Shown piece by piece: positions 47,883 through 54,728 of a DNA stretch of 64,000 nt. Under the pieces are notes generated by a model that was given only the letters and a program-made list of their open reading frames with translations, did no database searches and was not told where the DNA came from. The first letter of the stretch is position 1; every line of letters starts with the position of its first letter. The position numbers and the translations under genes are program-made. This DNA is from a virus: the IMG/VR virus record IMGVR_UViG_3300031578_000012; one strand, 5' to 3'.

Positions 47883-48263
47883 TTAATTAAGTTGAGCTTT
47901 CTTATGGGGGTTACCCATTGAAGACAATGAAATGCGTATAGCTGTTTCCTGGTTGTGTCCCCAAACAGCTTTAGTAAGAGCATCTGCAACATTAGAACAT
48001 ACGTCATAATTGTTGCTGTCGAAATATACATAGGTAGGATAATACCCGGTGGTCCCTTCCTCAGCTATTCCAAGCATAAACTGATGATTATCCATTTCGA
48101 ATCCGGACCTAGGTAGTGCTACGGTAAAGGCCAGCTTCTTATCTTCTTTCCACTGATCCACGATTAGCAGCCATAGCCTGTCAAACAGACCAGGAACAGT
48201 TTTTGGAACAAAATGTCCCTTGAACTGTTCATCAATTAAATGAACTCTCTCTGTTGTTTCCAT
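47883..48263 (-). CDS. Hypothetical protein (126 aa)
   Basis: ORF with TAATG overlap to the upstream gene. Confidence 0.6.
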   Translation of the reverse strand: METTERVHLIDEQFKGHFVPKTVPGLFDRLWLLIVDQWKEDKKLAFTVALPRSGFEMDNHQFMLGIAEEGTTGYYPTYVYFDSNNYDVCSNVADALTKAVWGHNQETAIRISLSSMGNPHKKAQLN

Positions 48264-48901
48264 TAGCCGTAGATTAGTTTGTTAAATATTGCATATTGCA
48301 TTATGCAATCTGCGTCACCAGCATCATGATTCTCGATTAAATATTCTATCGAGTTTCCGCTGTTCTCAGCATGCTGTTTGAGTCCGTTGATAAACTTATC
48401 AAGAGTAAGGAGATGAATGAACTGATCACTAACAGCACCTTCAGGTTCATGTAAAGCCAGAATACCTCCGTATCCTACAACATCAGATGCATATTCAATT
48501 TTATCCTCTGCATCCTTCGGGCTCTCATGTATGGTAGCTTTAGCACACCAATAATTGATGCCTCCTTCCAGAGCGCAGGCGATAATATCGTTTACGTCCC
48601 ATGGATTGATTTGATAATTTACAGTAATATCAATTAATCTTCCTTTACTCCCGTATAAGAATCCGGGCTTTTGCCTGGCCTGCTTAGAATGGAATGGGTC
48701 TACCTTTTCAGATATGTTTCCGGTCCATCCTTTAGTCGTGGCAATAGTTCTCAGATCACCATCATTGGTAATATCTGTGTAGGTCCAACAGGATCCTGTG
48801 TGTTTATACAGGAGCCCATCGATCACTCGGTAAAGCTTGTCATCATGGCGGAACTCCCCAACCTTGAATCCGATAACTTTGTTACCATTTTTTTCATTCA
48901 T
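48263..48901 (-). CDS. Hypothetical protein (212 aa)
   Basis: ORF with an AGTATT box 29 nt upstream. Confidence 0.65.
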   Translation of the reverse strand: MNEKNGNKVIGFKVGEFRHDDKLYRVIDGLLYKHTGSCWTYTDITNDGDLRTIATTKGWTGNISEKVDPFHSKQARQKPGFLYGSKGRLIDITVNYQINPWDVNDIIACALEGGINYWCAKATIHESPKDAEDKIEYASDVVGYGGILALHEPEGAVSDQFIHLLTLDKFINGLKQHAENSGNSIEYLIENHDAGDADCIMQYAIFNKLIYG

Positions 48902-48924
48902 AATTAACTACATTATTGAAAGTT

Positions 48925-48932
48925 AATACTAG
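48925..48932 (-). promoter_or_regulatory. CTAGTATT box, 29 nt upstream of the ATG at 48901
   Basis: Member of the recurrent AGTATT motif family. See the finding on this motif. Confidence 0.45.
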
Positions 48933-49144
48933 GACTCTCTATGCACTTTGGAGCGCCGCCTGTTGAATTCTGCTAATCCTATACCAATCTCAGACGGTTC
49001 TTCAGTACTACTGAAGGGAGAATTGGGACCGAATCTACCAGATTTCTGTTGGGCGAGCTTCTGTGCATACTGCGAATTTTTCCCGCCTTCTGATTTGGAT
49101 AAGCGAGCTTTTCTGCGCTTGTTTACGACCTTTCTTTTTGACAT
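48929..49144 (-). CDS. Small basic protein (71 aa)
   Basis: K/R-rich ORF with an AGTATT box 29 nt upstream. Confidence 0.5.
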   Translation of the reverse strand: MSKRKVVNKRRKARLSKSEGGKNSQYAQKLAQQKSGRFGPNSPFSSTEEPSEIGIGLAEFNRRRSKVHRES

Positions 49145-49167
49145 AAATACTTGAATTATTGAGAATT

Positions 49168-49175
49168 AATACTAG
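49168..49175 (-). promoter_or_regulatory. CTAGTATT box, 29 nt upstream of the ATG at 49144
   Basis: Same motif and spacing as at 48925. A second AGTATT lies at 49178-49183. Confidence 0.45.
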
Positions 49176-49252
49176 AAAATACTGTCTAAAATGTTTGCTT
49201 ATATCGTTAAAAATACGTATCTTCGTATAGGTTCTTTGACATAATTATACCT

Positions 49253-50410
49253 TTATACCCTCTCCAGTATTTCTGTAGCCAGATCAAATATACGGTTATA
49301 GAAATATTGGGTAGGGACCTTTCTTCCAAATGATTTTTCCAGGGATAGTTCATTGCTATCTTCTGGTGAAATTACTCCCATTTCTTCACCATATTCGCTC
49401 TCTTTATAGATAGCCAAGTTGTAAATATTAAGAGCATACAATTTACTCTTTGATTCATTGATAAAATCAAGAGTATGGATATAGGTGACTATATCCTCTT
49501 CTACAATTCCAATTATCACATTCAGGATAACCTTCAGTCCTTGGTTATGAAGCTTGATCACGGCCGTACGTATCAGCTTCTCACTTGCCGGTTTATGCAG
49601 GGCTTTCAGGATCCTATCATTAAACGATTCTACTCCCATCTCTACTATCCTTACTCCCAGGTCCTGTAGCTCTTCTATGAATCCAGGCTTGTTAAGCTGG
49701 GCTGCTGTAGTCTGAATGATGAACCCTTCAAACTCCGGGTTGTTAGTCCGGACTATATCATACGCTTCCTTCAATATATTATAGTTGGGAGCCTGTCCAA
49801 AGGTAGAATCAGCAACATATACATACTGAAATCTCAGTGACGTAGAAATACGTGTTGCCTGGTATAATATTTCCTCCCTGGTCTTCTCCTGGATCCAGTG
49901 CTGAGTAGTACAGAACTTACACTTATGCTTGCACCCTGTAGATAGAGTGATACGCGGGATAGTGGTTGTATTCTCAAAATGTCTGTAGTTAAGCGCATAT
50001 TTATAAGGTACACCCAGATACTCTGCCAAGGCTTCAGGATTATCGAAATATTTCAAGCCTGGTATTTGAATATATCCCCCAGTCAGGATCTTGGCTTTAC
50101 CTGTGTATTCCCGGACAAACTTTTCGATAAATGATTTGTTCACATCCATTACAGAGAATAGGATATAGTCATAATGATTAATGTTTGTAATTGGCTCGCT
50201 ATTTTCCAGGACCAGGAAATCAGTATTTATATAACCATCCAGAAAGCCATCGATTTCAGCTATCCATAATGGAATCTCCCAAAAATGCGTTCCCTTCTGG
50301 TAGCCTTTTTTAAGCCTGTAAATATCCTCATAATACCTGCTGGCCTTTGTGTCCTGGTAGGGACCATTGATCAGCTTTGAGCTTACTTGTATGTATAGTA
50401 ACTTCTTCAT
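49253..50410 (-). CDS. Radical SAM enzyme with N-terminal ~150-aa alpha/beta domain
   Basis: CX3CX2C motif (C160-KHK-C164-KF-C167) in the context TLSTGCKHKCKFCTTQ. The 385-aa size and Cys position fit B12-binding-type (class B-like) radical SAM architecture. Confidence 0.8.
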   Translation of the reverse strand: MKKLLYIQVSSKLINGPYQDTKASRYYEDIYRLKKGYQKGTHFWEIPLWIAEIDGFLDGYINTDFLVLENSEPITNINHYDYILFSVMDVNKSFIEKFVREYTGKAKILTGGYIQIPGLKYFDNPEALAEYLGVPYKYALNYRHFENTTTIPRITLSTGCKHKCKFCTTQHWIQEKTREEILYQATRISTSLRFQYVYVADSTFGQAPNYNILKEAYDIVRTNNPEFEGFIIQTTAAQLNKPGFIEELQDLGVRIVEMGVESFNDRILKALHKPASEKLIRTAVIKLHNQGLKVILNVIIGIVEEDIVTYIHTLDFINESKSKLYALNIYNLAIYKESEYGEEMGVISPEDSNELSLEKSFGRKVPTQYFYNRIFDLATEILERV

Positions 50411-50712
50411 TCAGTTTCATATAAATGTTCAGCTATCTCTGGATGTACTTTTTTGAAGTATACGGAAATGAAGTCAGGATTGATATGATTAATCCCTTCT
50501 GATTCTAACCGGCGGACAGCATTTTGAAATTGTCTATCTATGCGTATACAAACAGTTATTAAATCCTTGTCACTTTTGTTCAATTTATCAAGTACTTGGA
50601 CTTTGATATGATGTGTGATTGCCTTGTGTAATTCTTGACTAATTTGAACATCATCTTCAATACAGGTTGAAGGCTTTTTACAAATCATATAGAATTCATC
50701 GTCTAGAAACAT
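50407..50712 (-). CDS. Hypothetical protein (101 aa)
   Basis: The start is trimmed to the ATG at 50712, because the track extension runs through the tRNA-like element TL1. ATGA overlap with the radical SAM gene. Confidence 0.6.
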   Translation of the reverse strand: MFLDDEFYMICKKPSTCIEDDVQISQELHKAITHHIKVQVLDKLNKSDKDLITVCIRIDRQFQNAVRRLESEGINHINPDFISVYFKKVHPEIAEHLYETE

Positions 50713-50736
50713 AATATTGATTTTAATATTAAATTT

Positions 50737-50780
50737 GTACCCCACCAGGATTCGAACCTGGTTAGTACCATACGGGGCTA
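50737..50780 (-). ncRNA. tRNA-like minihelix TL1 (acceptor stem + T-arm, no anticodon arm)
   Basis: RNA: UA[G]CCCCG-UAUGGUACUAA-CCAGG-UUCGAAU-CCUGG-UGGGGUA-C. The 5' UAG is the stop codon of ORF 50778..51074. Confidence 0.7.
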
Positions 50781-51074
50781 GAAGCAAACACTTACATATG
50801 TGGATTTGTCTGTTAAGCTTACTATCATAAGTAAGTCATCCACTTCATCAGGAGCTATACAATCCAGCGTTATTAAATACCTACCAACAGGAGTAAAGAT
50901 AGTAACAGATTCAAATGGATCAAGATAATCTGTGAATACAATGATATTTGTTGATGTCTCTTCTACAGTCACAATACCAGGACAGGCACCATTGGTAACC
51001 GTAATGTACGGCGGATGCATAATCTCACATGATGTGAGCAGAGCAATTGCAAGCAGCAAGAATAGAGTTTTCAT
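50778..51074 (-). CDS. Lipoprotein (98 aa)
   Basis: Signal peptide with lipobox LLTSC. Confidence 0.6.
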   Translation of the reverse strand: MKTLFLLLAIALLTSCEIMHPPYITVTNGACPGIVTVEETSTNIIVFTDYLDPFESVTIFTPVGRYLITLDCIAPDEVDDLLMIVSLTDKSTYVSVCF

Positions 51075-51586
51075 AACGTAGCTTTTTCGTAAACAGTCTC
51101 ACCATTGGAAAATGTAGCTACAACTCTCAAGGGTATGGAATAATCCTTGTAGATCTTCTCCAGCTTAGTAATAAGCTCTTCAGTGACCTGGTTAACCCAG
51201 TTAATGGCCCTGGTGGCCTGCTGGTTATTCAAACCTTCATAATTTAGATCATCCTGGTCCAGGCTGTATACCCAGTCGGATCCTCCTGTAGAGTATTGCA
51301 GAGCCCAATCCAGGTTGCAGCCAGCATAATATCCGCTACGTATGATAGCAGATACTCTAACTTCGATACAGATACCTCCCCAGTATCCATTGGTATTCAG
51401 ACTCCCAAGGACATGTGAAGGAAAGGATCTCAGCTCATGCCGGTCATGTCCTCCATCCTGGTATTCATCCAGCTGAGAGAGCTCGGACTCCAGGTTGTCT
51501 TTCAGATCCTGGTAGTCATAATCGTTCTCCAGCTCACACGCGAACACGCGGCTAGCGTTAACATTATGAAAATTACTTGTACTCAT
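51071..51586 (-). CDS. Hypothetical acidic protein (171 aa)
   Basis: ORF preceded by AGGAGGT (51591-51597). Confidence 0.65.
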   Translation of the reverse strand: MSTSNFHNVNASRVFACELENDYDYQDLKDNLESELSQLDEYQDGGHDRHELRSFPSHVLGSLNTNGYWGGICIEVRVSAIIRSGYYAGCNLDWALQYSTGGSDWVYSLDQDDLNYEGLNNQQATRAINWVNQVTEELITKLEKIYKDYSIPLRVVATFSNGETVYEKATL

Positions 51587-51615
51587 AATTACCTCCTATT
51601 TTTGATTAAACATTT

Positions 51616-51661
51616 GTACCCTGCCTGGAGTCGAACCAGGCCAAATACTATATCAGGGTTA
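51616..51661 (-). ncRNA. tRNA-like minihelix TL2
   Basis: RNA: UA[A]CCCUG-AUAUAGUAUUUGG-CCUGG-UUCGACU-CCAGG-CAGGGUA-C. The 5' UAA is the stop codon of ORF 51659..51907. Confidence 0.7.
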
Positions 51662-51907
51662 AGAAAATATTGACTGGTCCCCGGCCAGTGCTCTCTTCAT
51701 TAAATTAGACTTAGGCAGAACTTGCGTCCGGATCAAGAATTTCACGGTGTCCTTCTTCAAGCAATATTCCTTATGTTTACCTGGTTGCACTTCATAAAAC
51801 CGGATCTGGTTACCGGACCGGCGGATTTCCAGATGTAACCCGGTATATACACCTGCCCGGATCTGCTGCCCGGCTTGGTCTTTGAATTGTACTACAATTG
51901 CGCTCAT
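51659..51907 (-). CDS. Hypothetical protein (82 aa)
   Basis: ORF overlapping the upstream stop. Confidence 0.55.
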   Translation of the reverse strand: MSAIVVQFKDQAGQQIRAGVYTGLHLEIRRSGNQIRFYEVQPGKHKEYCLKKDTVKFLIRTQVLPKSNLMKRALAGDQSIFS

Positions 51908-52281
51908 ACCTTACAGTTAATAAGAGTATCACTATCAATATGATAGATAAAATCCTGCTTCAAAGTTTCACCAAGGAAGATAGCGGAAGATTTGTCCGTA
52001 TGTGATACTGAACATATATCCAGGTAAGTTTTACCCTCATGGATCCAGACTCCCAGGAAGAATCCACTTTGTAACCAGCACTTGTTGTCCTTGGCATACT
52101 CGGCAATAGCAATACTCAAGGTCTCCCAGTCGGTTGTATTCAGAACCCTATCATTTGCTATCCCTCCGATAACATAACCAGAGATGGGAGCCCGGCCAAG
52201 GTTATCTACAGTGCATCCTCCCGTATTCAGGGCTATTCTAGCGATCCGCTTGCTAAAAATTGATTTGAATTTGTTCTTCAT
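51904..52281 (-). CDS. Hypothetical protein (125 aa)
   Basis: ORF with an AGTATT box 24 nt upstream. Confidence 0.6.
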   Translation of the reverse strand: MKNKFKSIFSKRIARIALNTGGCTVDNLGRAPISGYVIGGIANDRVLNTTDWETLSIAIAEYAKDNKCWLQSGFFLGVWIHEGKTYLDICSVSHTDKSSAIFLGETLKQDFIYHIDSDTLINCKV

Positions 52282-52299
52282 GACTTCATAAATTAGATT

Positions 52300-52307
52300 A
52301 ATACTGG
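52300..52307 (-). promoter_or_regulatory. CCAGTATT box, 24 nt upstream of the ATG at 52281
   Basis: Member of the AGTATT motif family. Confidence 0.4.
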
Positions 52308-52309
52308 TA

Positions 52310-52483
52310 CTATCCCCATCCTTGCCCCCAAAGACATACAGCTATAACCGCAAAACATAAGACAGTGATTATTAGTACTTTGACTGCTATTTCAATCCTG
52401 GCTTCCCGCTTGCGTTCGGCCTCCGATTTTTCCCTGGTAACTGCCGGGGTTGGACGGAATGTGAAAACGTTACTGTGACTCAT
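52310..52483 (-). CDS. Small membrane protein (57 aa), not in the ORF track
   Basis: MSHSNVFTFRPTPAVTREKSEAERKREARIEIAVKVLIITVLCFAVIAVCLWGQGWG. It has a TM helix and fills an otherwise empty gap. Confidence 0.45.
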   Translation of the reverse strand: MSHSNVFTFRPTPAVTREKSEAERKREARIEIAVKVLIITVLCFAVIAVCLWGQGWG

Positions 52484-52501
52484 AACTTTAAAATATTAGT
52501 G

Positions 52502-52509
52502 AATACTAG
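52502..52509 (-). promoter_or_regulatory. CTAGTATT box, 24 nt upstream of the ATG at 52483
   Basis: Member of the AGTATT motif family, directly downstream of TL3. Confidence 0.4.
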
Positions 52510-52520
52510 AAATAAATTCG

Positions 52521-52566
52521 TGCCTGGTCCAGGATTTGAACCCGGACCGGATACCATTTCAGGCTA
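52521..52566 (-). ncRNA. tRNA-like minihelix TL3
   Basis: RNA: UA-GCCUGAA-AUGGUAUCCGGU-CCGGG-UUCAAAU-CCUGG-ACCAGGC-A. The 5' UAG is the stop codon of ORF 52564..52887. The acceptor stem has only 5 bp. Confidence 0.6.
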
Positions 52567-52887
52567 GTCAAGGATTGCGCTATACATTGACTGGTTGATC
52601 TTAAGCAATAAATACCTGGCCCGGTCAAATGTCTGGATCGCGCTGCCCCGCGATACGTTATACTTTGCTAGGATTGTTGGGTGGAATTCATTGTAGCTAA
52701 GATCTTGGACAAAATCAACTATTGATTTCTCCAATGGATTTGCATCAAGTGATTCACCTGTAAAGGGATTTCTGACCTGGCTAGTATCTCCGGACTTTTC
52801 AATGGCCTGGATCTGGCTGGCTAGGTACGCAGCGATAAATTTATCATCGGCTGCTGTGATCTTTTCACCGTTACAATACTTTTCCAT
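52564..52887 (-). CDS. Hypothetical protein (107 aa)
   Basis: ORF with an AGTATT box 24 nt upstream. Confidence 0.6.
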   Translation of the reverse strand: MEKYCNGEKITAADDKFIAAYLASQIQAIEKSGDTSQVRNPFTGESLDANPLEKSIVDFVQDLSYNEFHPTILAKYNVSRGSAIQTFDRARYLLLKINQSMYSAILD

Positions 52888-52905
52888 AATTGTAAATTTA
52901 AAATT

Positions 52906-52913
52906 AATACTAA
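52906..52913 (-). promoter_or_regulatory. TTAGTATT box, 24 nt upstream of the ATG at 52887
   Basis: Member of the AGTATT motif family, 4 nt downstream of TL4. Confidence 0.4.
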
Positions 52914-52919
52914 AACTTT

Positions 52920-52965
52920 GTACCCGGGTAAGGATTCGAACCTTACCTGTATACCATACGAGTTA
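52920..52965 (-). ncRNA. tRNA-like minihelix TL4
   Basis: RNA: UA[A]CUCGU-AUGGUAUACAG-GUAAGG-UUCGAAU-CCUUAC-CCGGGUA-C. The 5' UAA is the stop codon of ORF 52963..53193. Confidence 0.65.
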
Positions 52966-53193
52966 TCCAGTATAATTTGCGGCCCAATTATCAAAGGCTG
53001 ATATTATATCCCGGATTTGATTTGCTTCATATGAATAGTCAGATAGGTCAATAAATTTATCCTCCAATTGTCTGACTTCCTTTTGTCCAAAATTTTCATA
53101 TAATCCATGCTTACTGCATTTATCAATAAGTTTGGCCGTAGCTGCATTAATAGCCTTTTGTACTTTAATTAACTTTTCCATTGTATAAAGCAT
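52963..53193 (-). CDS. Hypothetical protein (76 aa; alternative start 53181)
   Basis: ORF between TL5 and TL4. Confidence 0.55.
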   Translation of the reverse strand: MLYTMEKLIKVQKAINAATAKLIDKCSKHGLYENFGQKEVRQLEDKFIDLSDYSYEANQIRDIISAFDNWAANYTG

Positions 53194-53205
53194 TAGTTAA
53201 AAGTC

Positions 53206-53252
53206 GCACCCTGTCCCGGTAACGATCCAGGACTAACACCAATGCAGGGTTA
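53206..53252 (-). ncRNA. tRNA-like minihelix TL5 (divergent T-loop)
   Basis: RNA: UA[A]CCCUG-CAUUGGUGUUAG-UCCUGG-AUCGUUA-CCGGGA-CAGGGUG-C. The 5' UAA is the stop codon of ORF 53250..53486. Confidence 0.6.
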
Positions 53253-53486
53253 TTTCAAAGGTTTGAACGTATCGGAGAACAGTATACAACCTCCATTGGC
53301 TTCAGCCTGTCCAATTAGATTAAAACCCAGCTGCTGCAATGTAATAACGGCCTGTCCCCAATAGTCATTATCTTCAATATTGACTATAATGTGCTGCCTA
53401 AATCTTAGCGAATTAATTGATATCCTGGATGGTTTGGTATCGGTAGGTCTAATAAACCGGATCTGAAATGCATGGTAATTTTTCAT
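53250..53486 (-). CDS. Hypothetical protein (78 aa)
   Basis: The start is trimmed to the ATG at 53486 (MKNYHAFQ). An AGTATT box lies 24 nt upstream. Confidence 0.55.
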   Translation of the reverse strand: MKNYHAFQIRFIRPTDTKPSRISINSLRFRQHIIVNIEDNDYWGQAVITLQQLGFNLIGQAEANGGCILFSDTFKPLK

Positions 53487-53490
53487 GGTT

Positions 53491-53661
53491 TTAAATATTA
53501 AGTAAATACTCAGAATTAATGGCATACTTTGCGGTGTGTATTCTTTTCGGAAATGGATATATATCCAGGAGCTCCTCCAATCTGTGAACCTCATGTATTA
53601 TACTGGTTAATGTCTCAAATGTACAAATCTGTTTTTGATTAGTGTTAGAAGGGGCACTCAT
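53491..53661 (-). CDS. Hypothetical protein (56 aa)
   Basis: The start is trimmed to the ATG at 53661 (MSAPSNTNQ). An AGTATT box lies 23 nt upstream, inside the 3' end of the preceding gene. Confidence 0.45.
   Translation of the reverse strand: MSAPSNTNQKQICTFETLTSIIHEVHRLEELLDIYPFPKRIHTAKYAINSEYLLNI
53505..53512 (-). promoter_or_regulatory. TGAGTATT box, 24 nt upstream of the ATG at 53486
   Basis: Member of the AGTATT motif family. Confidence 0.4.
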
Positions 53662-54376
53662 CGTTATTATTTTTAGTGAATACTGAAGTATTGGAACCGT
53701 AGATAACTTTAGAGTATACATACCTATCCAGGTTAGCTGAAGGCTTCACTACAATAGTATCTAACGTGTCCCTGAATTGAATCCAGGTTATGGCTTGCAC
53801 TTCGTGTGCTCGCAGGCCTACTTTCTTACCAGCTATAACATAAGCGCTAGAAAGATCCCTGTAACGCTTCTCAGTCATCCATATCTCAGGTATCTCTTTA
53901 ACTGCAAGATTAACCCTGAATGAATGCCGGTCAATAGTAACCGGGCCCTGCTTCTCAGGATGAAAGATATTGGTAAAGAATGCTGAAGTCTTATTAACTT
54001 CTTTATAACAACCTATCAACAGTCGAAGAATCTGTTTTTCTGATAGCTTGTTATCCAGGATCTTTAATGCTTTAAATTTATTCTTGTTGTAGGTAGTTAC
54101 AACCATTTGCTGGAAGCTATATCCAGCCTTGTGACCTCTGATAAGGTTAATTGAATCAATGATATTCTGTATCCAATTTGTCCCTGGGCTAAGCGCCGCA
54201 ATTACTCCACATACGGTATGTACGGGCAGGTTATGCTGATCGGCTATATAAATGGCTATTTCTTTAGCCCTGGTATACCAGGACAGACCCTCCAGACGCT
54301 GCTTCTCACTTGAATTGTGATACGCGGCCAGGATATTTGTAACCTGGGTGTTGATAGAAGGTAGGCTTTTTTTCAT
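53645..54376 (-). CDS. Hypothetical protein (243 aa)
   Basis: Largest ORF in the leftward early cluster. I can name no motif. Confidence 0.7.
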   Translation of the reverse strand: MKKSLPSINTQVTNILAAYHNSSEKQRLEGLSWYTRAKEIAIYIADQHNLPVHTVCGVIAALSPGTNWIQNIIDSINLIRGHKAGYSFQQMVVTTYNKNKFKALKILDNKLSEKQILRLLIGCYKEVNKTSAFFTNIFHPEKQGPVTIDRHSFRVNLAVKEIPEIWMTEKRYRDLSSAYVIAGKKVGLRAHEVQAITWIQFRDTLDTIVVKPSANLDRYVYSKVIYGSNTSVFTKNNNDECPF

Positions 54377-54380
54377 GGCT

Positions 54381-54530
54381 TTATAGATATTTATTCAATC
54401 CTGGTATACTTGAAAATTTCTCAGGGTATAATTTCATTTCACACCCACCACATCTATGTTTAATACCAATTACTGATCGAATTGTATTTCCACAATCTTT
54501 GCAAGTTGATTTGTAAACCTTTGTTTTCAT
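54381..54530 (-). CDS. Zinc-ribbon mini-protein (49 aa), not in the ORF track
   Basis: MKTKVYKSTCKDCGNTIRSVIGIKHRCGGCEMKLYPEKFSSIPGLNKYL has two CxxC pairs. ATGA overlap with the upstream ORF. Confidence 0.5.
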   Translation of the reverse strand: MKTKVYKSTCKDCGNTIRSVIGIKHRCGGCEMKLYPEKFSSIPGLNKYL

Positions 54531-54703
54531 GCTTTCAGTAGTTTAGTGGCATGTCTGGTAGCACTTTGTATACTAGTAAATTGCTTGTTTGTTCTGAAGT
54601 GTCTCCAGGATAGCTTTGTTCTTTTCACTACGTGAATAGGAACATTTTCATAAGACTCAATTGTAATTGAGCGGTTACCTTTGGTAATAATTGTTGTATT
54701 CAT
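54527..54703 (-). CDS. Hypothetical protein (58 aa), not in the ORF track
   Basis: MNTTIITKGNRSITIESYENVPIHVVKRTKLSWRHFRTNKQFTSIQSATRHATKLLKA. It is the first ORF downstream of TL6. Confidence 0.45.
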   Translation of the reverse strand: MNTTIITKGNRSITIESYENVPIHVVKRTKLSWRHFRTNKQFTSIQSATRHATKLLKA

Positions 54704-54728
54704 TTGATTGTAAGTTAGTTAAACATTG

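Noticed and set aside
50737-53252. TL elements as rho-independent terminators
   Set aside because: None is followed by a U-tract. The next ORF of the same strand starts 12-37 nt downstream. The loop sequence is the conserved T-loop rather than an arbitrary loop.
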